NCBI GenBank assembly: GCA_964194565.1
Contig: CAXMMZ010000155.1
Coordinates: forward strand, 1-62,721
Direction of reading: 5' to 3'
DNA length: 62,721 bases
From: Arenicellales bacterium
GTDB lineage: Bacteria; Pseudomonadota; Gammaproteobacteria; Arenicellales; JAOTWM01
Part shown: positions 52,523 through 61,895 of the stretch, piece after piece
Layout of the letters: every line of letters starts with the position of its first letter
Numbering within the stretch: the first letter of the stretch is position 1
Translations under genes and position numbers: made by a program
The notes under the pieces: generated by a model
The model's input: the letters and a program-made list of their open reading frames with translations, nothing else
What the model was told of the DNA's origin: nothing
Database searches by the model: none

Positions 52523-53839
52523 TTAATTTTCCTGGACCGCGAGGCTTAAGTCCGCGATTCCGAAATCTGGACCGTCCCCCACTACATGCAATAGCAACAA
52601 ATCGAATCGACGATCCACTGCGATGTTATCGTGCTCATCATCGTCCACGGCGACCCCTAGTGATACGAAGTAATCTCCCGGTATAAGCCTCAGGTGCATT
52701 TGGAACTTGATCGTTCCAACGTCACCGGCCGCATGGTCCCGGACCGTCGTATTACGGGCGCGGGTATTTGCACCGTAGACGGTTATTCCGTCGACGGTTT
52801 TTACCGTTAGGCCGTAGATAACGCCGCTCATGGATTCGTCAAAATAAATATTGCATTCGATCTCAAGGAGTTCGCCCTGGGCGCAAGTCACCGGATCAGC
52901 GACGCCACCGCAGAGTATGCGGTAGTCGATTATTCGTGCCCGTTGGTCGCCCCATCGATACTCGGCGGCATTATAGCCCGGCCGGTATCGACAACCGTCT
53001 ATCGACGGATCACGATTCAGGGTTGCGGTCGCTACTACCGGAGCGCTTGCCGTATCCAGATCACTAGACGAACTTAATTTTTCAACCGCCGCGCGTTCGC
53101 CGCCGAACATCGCACTAAGGTAAGCGTGAACCACGTCCCTGACATCGCCACGATCTTGGATTTCGCCATCGTTTAGGAAAATCGCTTTATCGCAATGTGC
53201 TTTCACGAGTTCCGTCGAATGAGTTACAAATAAGATTGTTTTTCCGTCTTGTTTCAGTTGCTCAAACCTTCTAAAACATTTTCTCTGGAACCGAATATCG
53301 CCTACCGACAATGCCTCATCAATAATCAAAATATCTGGATCGAAGCTAACCGCCGACGCAAACGCCAAGCGCACGTACATGCCGCTTGAATAAGTTTTCA
53401 CCGGCTGATCAAGGTACTCACCGATCCCCGCGAACTCGGCGATATCGGCTATTGAAGCCTGCGCTAGCTCCGGCTCCACCCCCATAACGGCCGCATTCAT
53501 CAACGCATTTTCACGACCGGTAAACTCCGGACTAAATCCAGCGCCAAGTTCCAGGAGCGCTGCCACTCTCCCTCGGACATGAACATCACCCTCGGTTGGC
53601 CGCATCGTGCCCGCGATAATCTCTAACAAAGTCGACTTGCCTGAGCCGTTCTTACCAATAATGCCAATGGTTTCACCCGGGTTAATATCGAACGAGACAT
53701 TCCGTAACGCCCAGAATGCCCGGCCGTTATCATGATTGTTAAACAGTTGACTAGTCAGGCGGTGTATTGGCTTCTCAAACAGATAGAAGCACTTACTGAG
53801 ATTGCTGACCCGAATCACCGACTCACAATACATCAGCAA
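52523..53839 (-). CDS. wzt: polysaccharide/O-antigen ABC exporter ATP-binding protein with C-terminal extension
   Basis: 438 aa. Walker A GKNGSGKST, signature YSSGMYVRLAFA, Walker B ILIIDEALSVGD. A ~180-aa beta-rich tail follows (Wzt_C-like). Overlaps wzm by 17 nt. Confidence 0.85.
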   Translation of the reverse strand: MLMYCESVIRVSNLSKCFYLFEKPIHRLTSQLFNNHDNGRAFWALRNVSFDINPGETIGIIGKNGSGKSTLLEIIAGTMRPTEGDVHVRGRVAALLELGAGFSPEFTGRENALMNAAVMGVEPELAQASIADIAEFAGIGEYLDQPVKTYSSGMYVRLAFASAVSFDPDILIIDEALSVGDIRFQRKCFRRFEQLKQDGKTILFVTHSTELVKAHCDKAIFLNDGEIQDRGDVRDVVHAYLSAMFGGERAAVEKLSSSSDLDTASAPVVATATLNRDPSIDGCRYRPGYNAAEYRWGDQRARIIDYRILCGGVADPVTCAQGELLEIECNIYFDESMSGVIYGLTVKTVDGITVYGANTRARNTTVRDHAAGDVGTIKFQMHLRLIPGDYFVSLGVAVDDDEHDNIAVDRRFDLLLLHVVGDGPDFGIADLSLAVQEN

Positions 53840-54662
53840 ACCCAGGCCGCAGCCTACGAAACCAACGCGACGCTACCCACGCTACAAGAATACCAACTAG
53901 TAGATAGATACTTAGGCCACGAAAATTGGGTAAACGACCCCAAATAACCACCTCACGCAACTGTTCGACGATGAATGACAGCGGGTTAAGATAGATAATC
54001 GGACGAATAAACTCCGGCATAGCCTCAATTGGGTAAAATATCGGGCTCGTAAATAGCAGCACCGTAGCAATAACCCCCACTACATGAGAAACGTCACGCA
54101 CATACACTGCCAACGCAGACAATCCCCATGCCACACCAGCCGCCAGTACCATAATGGGAACGAAAACGATGGGAACGAAAACGATGGTCCAGTTCAATGT
54201 GGCACTGATGAGCATATAAAACACCACCAGCACCACCACACTGATAGTAGTATGAAACAGTGCGGAAAGCACAGTTACCCACGGCAATATTTCGAGCGGA
54301 AAAACCACTTTCTTTACATACTGGGCATTACCAATGATCAGCCCTGGAGATCGAACAATACATTCAGCAAAAAAACCGTGCACAATTATCCCCGCAAATA
54401 GTAGTGTCGAGAACTCCAAGGTCGATTGTTCACCGCCTCCCCAACGCGAGCGAAACACGACACCGAATACGAACGTGTATACGCTCAACATAAGTATCGG
54501 ATGAAATAACGACCATGCCAGTCCCAACACCGAGCCGCGATAACGACCAACGACGTTCCGTTTTGTGAGTTGGATCACCAAATGCCAGTTTCTAACTAAG
54601 ACGGCGACAACGGAACCACCGCCACGTCCATATGACGAGGCCTCGGGACTCACGGGCGACAT
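53823..54662 (-). CDS. wzm: ABC-2 type polysaccharide exporter permease
   Basis: 279 aa, ~6 TM. ...LTKRNVVGRYRGSVLGLAWSLFHPILM is typical of Wzm/TagG/KpsM permeases. Confidence 0.85.
   Translation of the reverse strand: MSPVSPEASSYGRGGGSVVAVLVRNWHLVIQLTKRNVVGRYRGSVLGLAWSLFHPILMLSVYTFVFGVVFRSRWGGGEQSTLEFSTLLFAGIIVHGFFAECIVRSPGLIIGNAQYVKKVVFPLEILPWVTVLSALFHTTISVVVLVVFYMLISATLNWTIVFVPIVFVPIMVLAAGVAWGLSALAVYVRDVSHVVGVIATVLLFTSPIFYPIEAMPEFIRPIIYLNPLSFIVEQLREVVIWGRLPNFRGLSIYLLVGILVAWVASRWFRRLRPGFADVL
54154..54187. repeat. perfect 15-bp tandem duplication inside wzm
   Basis: GGGAACGAAAACGAT occurs twice (54156-54170 and 54171-54185). It is in frame and encodes IVFVP-IVFVP within a TM segment. Confidence 0.9.
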
Positions 54663-54694
54663 AATATGTTTAGCACCTTGGCGCAGCTAACAGA

Positions 54695-55582
54695 TCAACA
54701 TCGATCGTAATCGCTGTCATGCAGTACGCCAAGCAGATACTGCCCGTAACCGTTGCGGCTCAACTCGCCAGCAAGAGCCTCGAGCTGGGCATCGTCGATA
54801 TAACCCATTCGGTAAGCGATTTCTTCCGGACAACAAACTTTCATGCCTTGCCTGGACTCGATAGTCGATATAAAGGTCGATGCATCCAATAACGACTCGT
54901 GAGTTCCGGTATCCAACCACGCGATGCCCCGACCCATAACCTCTACGGAAAGTTGGCCCATATCGAGGTAATGTCTATTTACATCGGTAATTTCCAATTC
55001 TCCGCGCGTCGATGGTTGAATCGTTTTCGCAATATCAACGACTTGATTATCGTAGAAATACAATCCGGTCACTGCGTAGCGCGACTTGGGGTTGCTAGGT
55101 TTCTCTTCGAGGTTAATGGCTTGCCCACTTTGGTCGAAACTGACAACACCGTAACGCTCGGGATCCTGAACCGGATAGGCGAAAATGGTAGCCCCTGCCG
55201 GTTTAGCTGCAGCGCGTTGCAGCATTCCGGAGATATCGTGGCCATGAAATATATTGTCGCCAAGGATCAAGGCCGAATTCGAGGTACTGATAAACTCTGA
55301 CCCGAGAATAAACGCCTGGGCCAATCCGTCTGGACTCGGTTGTACTGCATAACAGATACTAACGCCCCATTGGCTGCCGTCTTTTAGTAACTGCTCAAAT
55401 CGCGGCGTGTCCTGAGGTGTGGAGATCACCAGAATATCTTTGATACCCGCCAACATCAATATAGATAACGGGTAATAAATCATCGGCTTATCATAGATCG
55501 GCAATAATTGTTTCGACACCGCCAGGGTTACTGGCGCGAGACGCGTCCCCGAACCTCCTGCTAGTACGATCCCTTTAGTCAT
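54695..55582 (-). CDS. rfbA: glucose-1-phosphate thymidylyltransferase
   Basis: [19 protein letters not shown]..., 295 aa from ATG 55582, which forms an ATGA overlap with the rfbB stop. The ORF track extends to 55663. Confidence 0.95.
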   Translation of the reverse strand: MTKGIVLAGGSGTRLAPVTLAVSKQLLPIYDKPMIYYPLSILMLAGIKDILVISTPQDTPRFEQLLKDGSQWGVSICYAVQPSPDGLAQAFILGSEFISTSNSALILGDNIFHGHDISGMLQRAAAKPAGATIFAYPVQDPERYGVVSFDQSGQAINLEEKPSNPKSRYAVTGLYFYDNQVVDIAKTIQPSTRGELEITDVNRHYLDMGQLSVEVMGRGIAWLDTGTHESLLDASTFISTIESRQGMKVCCPEEIAYRMGYIDDAQLEALAGELSRNGYGQYLLGVLHDSDYDRC

Positions 55583-56640
55583 TTCGCCCCCAACCCGAGG
55601 CGTCGACCCGAGTCGGCGCCGGCCGTCACCAGTGACACCCAATCCGGATTCTGTAGGTACCACGACACGGTTTTTTCGAGCCCTGATTTCAACGTCTCGG
55701 CCGGTGCCCAGCCAAGCTCCCTTGATAACTTCTGAGAATCGATTGCGTAGCGAAAATCGTGCCCGGGTCGATCCGTTACGAAGGTTATCAACTCTTCGTA
55801 ACCCCCTTTTACCGACGGTACTTGCTTGTCCAATACTCCACAGATCATCTTAACTAAATCTAAGTTTGTCACTTCACAGTTCCCGCCCACGTTATAGGTG
55901 TCACCGACCCTGCCACGTTCCAGAATAGTTCGTAACGCGCTGGCATGATCGTCCACAAACAGCCAATCGCGCACCTGGTCGCCGGTACCGTATACCGGTA
56001 TCGGCTGCCCCGACAGTGCTTTACCGATGACCACAGGAATAAGTTTTTCGGGATACTGATACGGGCCGTAATTATTAGAACAATTCGACACAAGCACCGG
56101 CAGCTCGTAGGTATGGCTCCAGGCGCGAACAAGATGATCCGAACTCGCTTTCGATGCCGAGTACGGTGAGTTTGGGCGATACGGGGTAGTTTCGGTAAAT
56201 GCGCCTTCGTCGCCAAGACTTCCGAACACTTCATCGGTGGAAATATGATGAAATCGAAACTCGTCGCGCCTGGCGCCTTGGAGCCGCCCGCAGTGCGCCC
56301 GCGCCACTTCCAGCAACGTATATGTGCCCACAATATTGGTTTGAATAAACGCGCTTGGGCCATCGATCGATCGGTCGACATGAGACTCTGCGGCGAGGTG
56401 CATCACCGCATCAACATCGTATTCGGCAAAGATTGCGCGCATCCTCACCTCGTCGCATATATCTTCTTGTTCAAATATATAGCGCCTATCATCTGCCACT
56501 TCTGCGACCGAGGCGAGATTTCCTGCGTAGGTTAGCTTGTCGACATTCACCAAGCGCCAATTCGTACTCCGCCATAGCAATCGAATCAACGCCGAACCGA
56601 TGAAGCCTGCACCCCCTGTAATTAGTACCGTGCGACTCAT
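55579..56640 (-). CDS. rfbB: dTDP-glucose 4,6-dehydratase
   Basis: 353 aa. [25 protein letters not shown] (YxxxK), and DKLTYAGN. Confidence 0.95.
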   Translation of the reverse strand: MSRTVLITGGAGFIGSALIRLLWRSTNWRLVNVDKLTYAGNLASVAEVADDRRYIFEQEDICDEVRMRAIFAEYDVDAVMHLAAESHVDRSIDGPSAFIQTNIVGTYTLLEVARAHCGRLQGARRDEFRFHHISTDEVFGSLGDEGAFTETTPYRPNSPYSASKASSDHLVRAWSHTYELPVLVSNCSNNYGPYQYPEKLIPVVIGKALSGQPIPVYGTGDQVRDWLFVDDHASALRTILERGRVGDTYNVGGNCEVTNLDLVKMICGVLDKQVPSVKGGYEELITFVTDRPGHDFRYAIDSQKLSRELGWAPAETLKSGLEKTVSWYLQNPDWVSLVTAGADSGRRLGLGAK

Positions 56641-57275
56641 GTTTGAGCGACGGCGCTTTGAACGTCCGCGTTATCATCAACGCCCAATATTTTGCGCTCC
56701 ACGAGATGATCAACGACTGCTTCGACACACTCATAGACGCTCATCGTCGCAGTGGTCAACCGCACATCCGGCGCTTCGGGTTCTTCATAGGGTGCAGACA
56801 CACCCGTGAAATCTTTGATTACCCCGTCTTTCGCGAGCTGGTAGTGCCCTTTAGGATCGCGCTCAGCGCACACATCGATCGGGCATTCGCAATACACTTC
56901 GATGAAATCGTACCCCGAAAATAAATCCTTAACCCGTTTTCGGTCCTCCGTAAACGGCGAGACAAAAGCTGCCAGAGAAATCACTCCTGCCTCGATAAAT
57001 AATTTGAGCATCTCCCCAACTCGGCGCAGGTTTTCGGTGCGGTCGTCGCGGCTAAACCCAAGATCGCCACATAACCCATGCCGGACATTATCGCCATCAA
57101 ACACGAACGTATTGCATTTAAGCTCGTGCAGCCGCTCTTCTACCGCATGCGCCACGGTCGATTTCCCGGAACTTGGTAACCCGGTAAACCACAATACGAC
57201 GGCACGATGTCCGTGTAAACGTTCGCGCCAACTCCTTAATACGGTCGGTTGATGCCACTTCAGGTAGTCATTCAT
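56637..57275 (-). CDS. cysC: adenylyl-sulfate (APS) kinase
   Basis: 212 aa. P-loop [25 protein letters not shown], and ...SPFTEDR. Its TGA overlaps the rfbB ATG (ATGA, 56637-56640). Confidence 0.9.
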   Translation of the reverse strand: MNDYLKWHQPTVLRSWRERLHGHRAVVLWFTGLPSSGKSTVAHAVEERLHELKCNTFVFDGDNVRHGLCGDLGFSRDDRTENLRRVGEMLKLFIEAGVISLAAFVSPFTEDRKRVKDLFSGYDFIEVYCECPIDVCAERDPKGHYQLAKDGVIKDFTGVSAPYEEPEAPDVRLTTATMSVYECVEAVVDHLVERKILGVDDNADVQSAVAQT

Positions 57276-57322
57276 AGCAATATTAATCTAGTCGTTAACA
57301 ATTATCTGCGCGCCGATTCATA

Positions 57323-58717
57323 TCAGCGACCGCGCCCAAATAGAATCACGCGCACCGTCTTCAACGCGATTAGCACATCCAACCACATAGAGTGATTCTT
57401 TATATAAAATAAGTCATATTCCAACTTACGGCGAGCATCTTCAGTCGATGCGCCGTAGGGATGCATCACCTGCGCCCACCCGGTAAGGCCAGGCTTTACC
57501 AGATAACGTAAGTCATAGTATGGAATTTCTTGCTCCAAAGCCTTGGTGAACTCAGGTCGTTCCGGTCGAGGACCAATGCAACTCATTTCTCCACGCAGCA
57601 CGTTCCAAAGCTGCGGCAATTCATCGATCCGCATCAGCCGCAGCACCCGACCGATCCGGGTTACCCTTGGATCATCCCGCGTTGCCCAGCGCGCACCGTC
57701 TTTCTCCGCATCCACGTGCATTGTCCGAAACTTGATGATTTCAATCGGACGGCCACCGGCGCCGGTGCGCAATTGACGATAAAATACCGGACCCCAATCC
57801 GTGGCCACCACCAACAGGGCAGCCAGCAACATTACAGGAAGCAATACAACCAGGCCGATAAGCGCCAACACTATGTCCATTAGCCGCTTCATGTTTAATG
57901 AGATTTCGTGATGAATGAGGCGAAACCCGTCACTATTCACAAACCACAAATCTTTGATCTGATGAATCGGAATCTTTAACCAATAACGTTCGTAGAAATC
58001 AGCGGTTTCGTGGATATCGACGCCGCGCAGGCGTACCCGCATCAAGGATTCCAAGAGTGACTCCAGAAGTGGAAGGTCCGAGGCAACGACTATACCGGTC
58101 CAGCGCTTATTCAACACCGCCTCAAAATCATCGCAATCTTCTATGTCTACTCGCCCGTGCAGCGATGTCGTATCTCCCGAAGTCTTCAGATCTAAAACTG
58201 AAATTCTGCCGTCGATTGGAGATTCGGAAAAATCCTCCACGAATTCACTGAGACGTTTACCCTGACCAATCACCAGCCAACGTCTCTTGCGCTCAGTCTT
58301 ACGTACCGCGTAGCGTACGATAAGGCGACTTATCATCGCCAATATGGCGAATCCCAACATTCCAAACGGCAGCACACTTCGCCAAAATAACGGCTCGCGC
58401 TGCAAGCGAGGCGTGCCCGCGACGTAAACGAGCCCCGTAACAATGATGCTGGCGACGACGACGGCCAACGCGGTTTTTCCACACAATCGCCACCTGGAAT
58501 CAGTGGTATCTACTCCATACACATCCATAATGTACAGGCACAGCAACGTTACTGCGACCAGCCCCCACAATGGTGTGGATTGGATCCCTACCCAGGTCGA
58601 CAGGCGGGCCTCGTAAGCAACATTCATGCATACGATGAGCCCCGCCGCATCCGTCACCACGAGTGTCGCAAGTGACCAGGAACGACCCGGCGACGCGGCT
58701 TTAAGCAAGGACACCAA
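57323..58717 (-). CDS. undecaprenyl-phosphate sugar-1-phosphate transferase (WbaP/EPS PGT family)
   Basis: 464 aa. 4-5 N-terminal TMs, a central Rossmann-like region (RRWLVIGQGKR), and a C-terminal bacterial sugar transferase domain (DELPQLWNVLRGEMSCIGPRPERP). Confidence 0.85.
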   Translation of the reverse strand: MVSLLKAASPGRSWSLATLVVTDAAGLIVCMNVAYEARLSTWVGIQSTPLWGLVAVTLLCLYIMDVYGVDTTDSRWRLCGKTALAVVVASIIVTGLVYVAGTPRLQREPLFWRSVLPFGMLGFAILAMISRLIVRYAVRKTERKRRWLVIGQGKRLSEFVEDFSESPIDGRISVLDLKTSGDTTSLHGRVDIEDCDDFEAVLNKRWTGIVVASDLPLLESLLESLMRVRLRGVDIHETADFYERYWLKIPIHQIKDLWFVNSDGFRLIHHEISLNMKRLMDIVLALIGLVVLLPVMLLAALLVVATDWGPVFYRQLRTGAGGRPIEIIKFRTMHVDAEKDGARWATRDDPRVTRIGRVLRLMRIDELPQLWNVLRGEMSCIGPRPERPEFTKALEQEIPYYDLRYLVKPGLTGWAQVMHPYGASTEDARRKLEYDLFYIKNHSMWLDVLIALKTVRVILFGRGR

Positions 58718-58774
58718 ACGTCCTCTGAATCATTTTCATATCCGACTCGGTCGTGAATCGCTCTATCGTGTTGA

Positions 58775-59878
58775 CTAGCCCTTAGCGGCAATGCGAGCAA
58801 AATCGGACCGCGTCATCTCCGACACCAATTCCGTAAAGGATATTTTTGGCTTCCAGCCCAATACTCGTTCCGCCTTACCGGCGTCACCAATTAAGTCCTC
58901 TACCTCAGATGGCCGGAAATATCGCTTATCAACACGAATGACAGTACGATCCAACAATCCAGAAAGATCGAACCCTTCAGGCAGCCATTGCTGCGCTGTT
59001 TTCCGATTTATGCTGTCTACGATTCCACATTCGTCACATCCGGAGCCGATCCAACGCAATGTCATTCCATAATTCTGCGCGACACAATTCACAAACTCTC
59101 TAACTGTATATTGCTGTCCGGTAGCGATCACAAAATCCTGTGGTTGTTCCTGTTGCAACATTAGCCATTGCATCTCAATATAGTCCTTAGCATGACCCCA
59201 GTCGCGCTTCGCGGACAAGTTCCCTAGATACAAACAATCTTGTTTACCCGACACGATACTGGCCATACCCATCGTGATCTTTCGGGTGACAAAAGTTTCT
59301 CCTCGAATTGGTGATTCGTGGTTAAACAAAATTCCATTACATGCGAATATGCCATATGCTTCCCGATAATTGATCGTAATCCAATACGCATAAAGCTTTG
59401 CCACACCATACGGAGAGCGCGGATAAAATGGCGTTGTTTCGGTCTGCGGTTTCTCCTGGATTACCCCGTATAGCTCCGAGGTTGACGCTTGGTAGTATCG
59501 GGTCTTGTTTTCCAACCCCAAAATACGGATCGCCTCCAATAAACGTAGTGCTCCAAGCGCGTCGGCATCCGCCGTGTATTCGGGCTCCTCGAACGACACC
59601 GCGACGTGACTCTGAGCCGCCAGATTATAGATTTCATCAGGCTGAACTTGTTGAATGACCCGGATCAAACTTGTCGAATCGGTCATGTCGCCGTAATGCA
59701 AGCGAAAATCCACGTCGAAAAAATGTGGGTCGAGGTATAAATGGTCGATACGTTCGGTATTTATCGACGAAGATCGACGTTTTATCCCATGGACCTCGTA
59801 ATCCTTACCGAGCAAATACTCGGCGAGATAAGCTCCATCCTGGCCAGTAACGCCCGTAATTAAAGCTCGTTTCTTCAA
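58775..59878 (-). CDS. gmd: GDP-mannose 4,6-dehydratase
   Basis: 367 aa. [29 protein letters not shown], and [12 protein letters not shown]. Confidence 0.95.
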   Translation of the reverse strand: MKKRALITGVTGQDGAYLAEYLLGKDYEVHGIKRRSSSINTERIDHLYLDPHFFDVDFRLHYGDMTDSTSLIRVIQQVQPDEIYNLAAQSHVAVSFEEPEYTADADALGALRLLEAIRILGLENKTRYYQASTSELYGVIQEKPQTETTPFYPRSPYGVAKLYAYWITINYREAYGIFACNGILFNHESPIRGETFVTRKITMGMASIVSGKQDCLYLGNLSAKRDWGHAKDYIEMQWLMLQQEQPQDFVIATGQQYTVREFVNCVAQNYGMTLRWIGSGCDECGIVDSINRKTAQQWLPEGFDLSGLLDRTVIRVDKRYFRPSEVEDLIGDAGKAERVLGWKPKISFTELVSEMTRSDFARIAAKG

Positions 59879-59899
59879 TATCGCCCCCCCTAGTTTCCG

Positions 59900-60949
59900 C
59901 TAAATTTGCCTACTTTGGTCGCTCACACTGCGTCCGTAATCTCTCAATTGGTAATAATCAGAATACCAATCCACGAATTGTCGAATTCCGATCTCGACTG
60001 GTGTTGTCGGGCGGTAGCCGGTATCGCGTTCTAAATTGCTGACATCAGCATTAGTCGCACGCACATCGCCATCTTGCATAGGCAACATTTGCTTTATCGC
60101 TTTCTTACCCAGGCACTCTTCCAACACTTCTATATAACGCAATAGCTCGACTGGTCGACTGTTACCAATGTTATATAGCCGAAACGGTCCCGCTCCCGCC
60201 GCCGGGTCCGGGTCCGTCCCACTCCATGATATGGATGCTGGCGGAACTCTATCCATTACCTCAATAACACCGCGCACAATGTCATCGATATACGTAAAGT
60301 CTCGAATCATCTGACCATGACCGTAAATTGGGATCGGTTCACCCGCGAGAATTCCCCGTGTGAACTTGAACAAGGCCATATCCGGTCGTCCCCACGGTCC
60401 GTAGACGGTAAAAAACCGAAGCCCCGTGCTCGGCAGCGCGAATAAATGGGAGTAAACATGGGCCATCAGTTCATTAGCGCGCTTCGTGGCGCCGTACAGA
60501 GACAGCGGATGGTCCACATCCATATGTTCACTAAAGGGCAAACGCGTGTTCGCTCCGTAAACCGAACTGGACGAGGCATATACAAGGTGCTTAACGCCTG
60601 ATGCGCGACATCCTTCTAGAATATTTCCAAAGCCGACCAGGTTGGTGTCGATATAGGTCGCGGGATTCTCGATCGAATAACGCACTCCGGCTTGGGCGGC
60701 CAGATTCACTACGACATCGAACCCGTATTGTGAAAACAACAAGCTCATGGCCTCGCGGTCGGAAATATCGATCGTCTGTAACTCGAAAGCCGTATGACTC
60801 TCAAACAGTTCCAGACGAGAACATTTCAGTCTTACATCATAATAATCATTCAGGTTGTCAACACCGATAACGCTATCGCCTCTGTCCAACAATAGCTGGC
60901 AAAGTTTAGCGCCGATAAATCCAGCAGCGCCGGTAACCATGATTTTCAT
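59900..60949 (-). CDS. NAD-dependent epimerase, UDP-glucuronate 4-epimerase-like
   Basis: MKIMVTGAAGFIGAKL, VDNLNDYYD, SSSSVYG, YGATKRANE, and FFTVYGPWGRPDMA. The ATG at 60949 gives 349 aa; the ORF track extends to 60991. Confidence 0.8.
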   Translation of the reverse strand: MKIMVTGAAGFIGAKLCQLLLDRGDSVIGVDNLNDYYDVRLKCSRLELFESHTAFELQTIDISDREAMSLLFSQYGFDVVVNLAAQAGVRYSIENPATYIDTNLVGFGNILEGCRASGVKHLVYASSSSVYGANTRLPFSEHMDVDHPLSLYGATKRANELMAHVYSHLFALPSTGLRFFTVYGPWGRPDMALFKFTRGILAGEPIPIYGHGQMIRDFTYIDDIVRGVIEVMDRVPPASISWSGTDPDPAAGAGPFRLYNIGNSRPVELLRYIEVLEECLGKKAIKQMLPMQDGDVRATNADVSNLERDTGYRPTTPVEIGIRQFVDWYSDYYQLRDYGRSVSDQSRQI

Positions 60950-60983
60950 CGTTTCAACACGCCGATTCGAAGTGAGGCACGTA

Positions 60984-61586
60984 TTACTCAACTCGCAACA
61001 TATCTGGCGCCAACACCCGCTGACTCGGTAACTTGGAGCGAAGATAACTAACCGTCGCCAACGGAGTAGTCACATCCGTTACCACGACGCCATCGAACCG
61101 AGGCAATTTATCCCATTGATCCCATACGGGCTTGGACAAAAACTCGGACCTTTGCCCATTCCGATCAAAGACACCTATGATTTCAATATCGAAATCAATC
61201 GCACGCAATACTGCGATCTCAGCGAGATCCGAGATACCGCATAAAACCAAGCGACGAACCCCGCATTCGACACAATTCTCGTAGATACGATTGCAAGAGC
61301 GGCCCGCCTGACGATAGAAATCGAACGAGATAGACAAATACCGTGATGTCAGGCGTGCCTTTTCGGAAAATCCCGTTGGAGTAAGATAATATAGATAGCG
61401 ATTTGCCGGTGCCTCACTGACCTTTACGAAACCTTTGCGTACACAGCGCCGCAGGTACGAATTCGCCAACCCTAACGCCACACCTAATTGGTTCGCCAAG
61501 CGGCGCTGGCTTAGGTCGCTGCGCCGGTCAATTGCGTCTAGCAACTCCAGTGTCAGCTGTTCTTTTCGGGTGTCGCTAGCCCGCAT
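60984..61586 (-). CDS. winged-helix (MarR-like, EPS-associated) transcriptional regulator with a C-terminal Rossmann-like domain
   Basis: 200 aa. The wHTH is LSQRRLANQLGVALGLANSYLRRCVRKGFVKV. The C-terminal half is RRLVLCGISDLAEIAVLRAIDFDIEIIGVFD... It is the first gene of the glycan locus. Confidence 0.6.
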   Translation of the reverse strand: MRASDTRKEQLTLELLDAIDRRSDLSQRRLANQLGVALGLANSYLRRCVRKGFVKVSEAPANRYLYYLTPTGFSEKARLTSRYLSISFDFYRQAGRSCNRIYENCVECGVRRLVLCGISDLAEIAVLRAIDFDIEIIGVFDRNGQRSEFLSKPVWDQWDKLPRFDGVVVTDVTTPLATVSYLRSKLPSQRVLAPDMLRVE

Positions 61587-61895
61587 ATTGCATGAGAGTC
61601 CGGAATTTTGGCGGAGAGTTCGAGGGATTGTTCAAGAGGTTTCTTGGTGTGGTGAGGGTCGCTGCTTTGCCGCCAGTGCTGGGCGGCTCTGGACAAACCG
61701 TTCTCACATTCAATAACTCCGCCCCAGAGGTGTTATTCGAGCAAGCGTTCACGGACTGAACACTATACTGGCGGACATTCAATTAGTCAAGGAAACTCAA
61801 TTAAAAAGAATAAGTTAGAACCGATATCGAGACTTCGATTCAATATTCGCTCCGAACAGACCGCGAGCAAAAATGGTACGGCCGACGCGTTCTCC

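Noticed and set aside
61576-61782. 68-aa minus-strand ORF in the hldD-regulator spacer
   Set aside because: It overlaps the regulator start out of frame and has no motif or Shine-Dalgarno. The region is more plausibly promoter/leader DNA.
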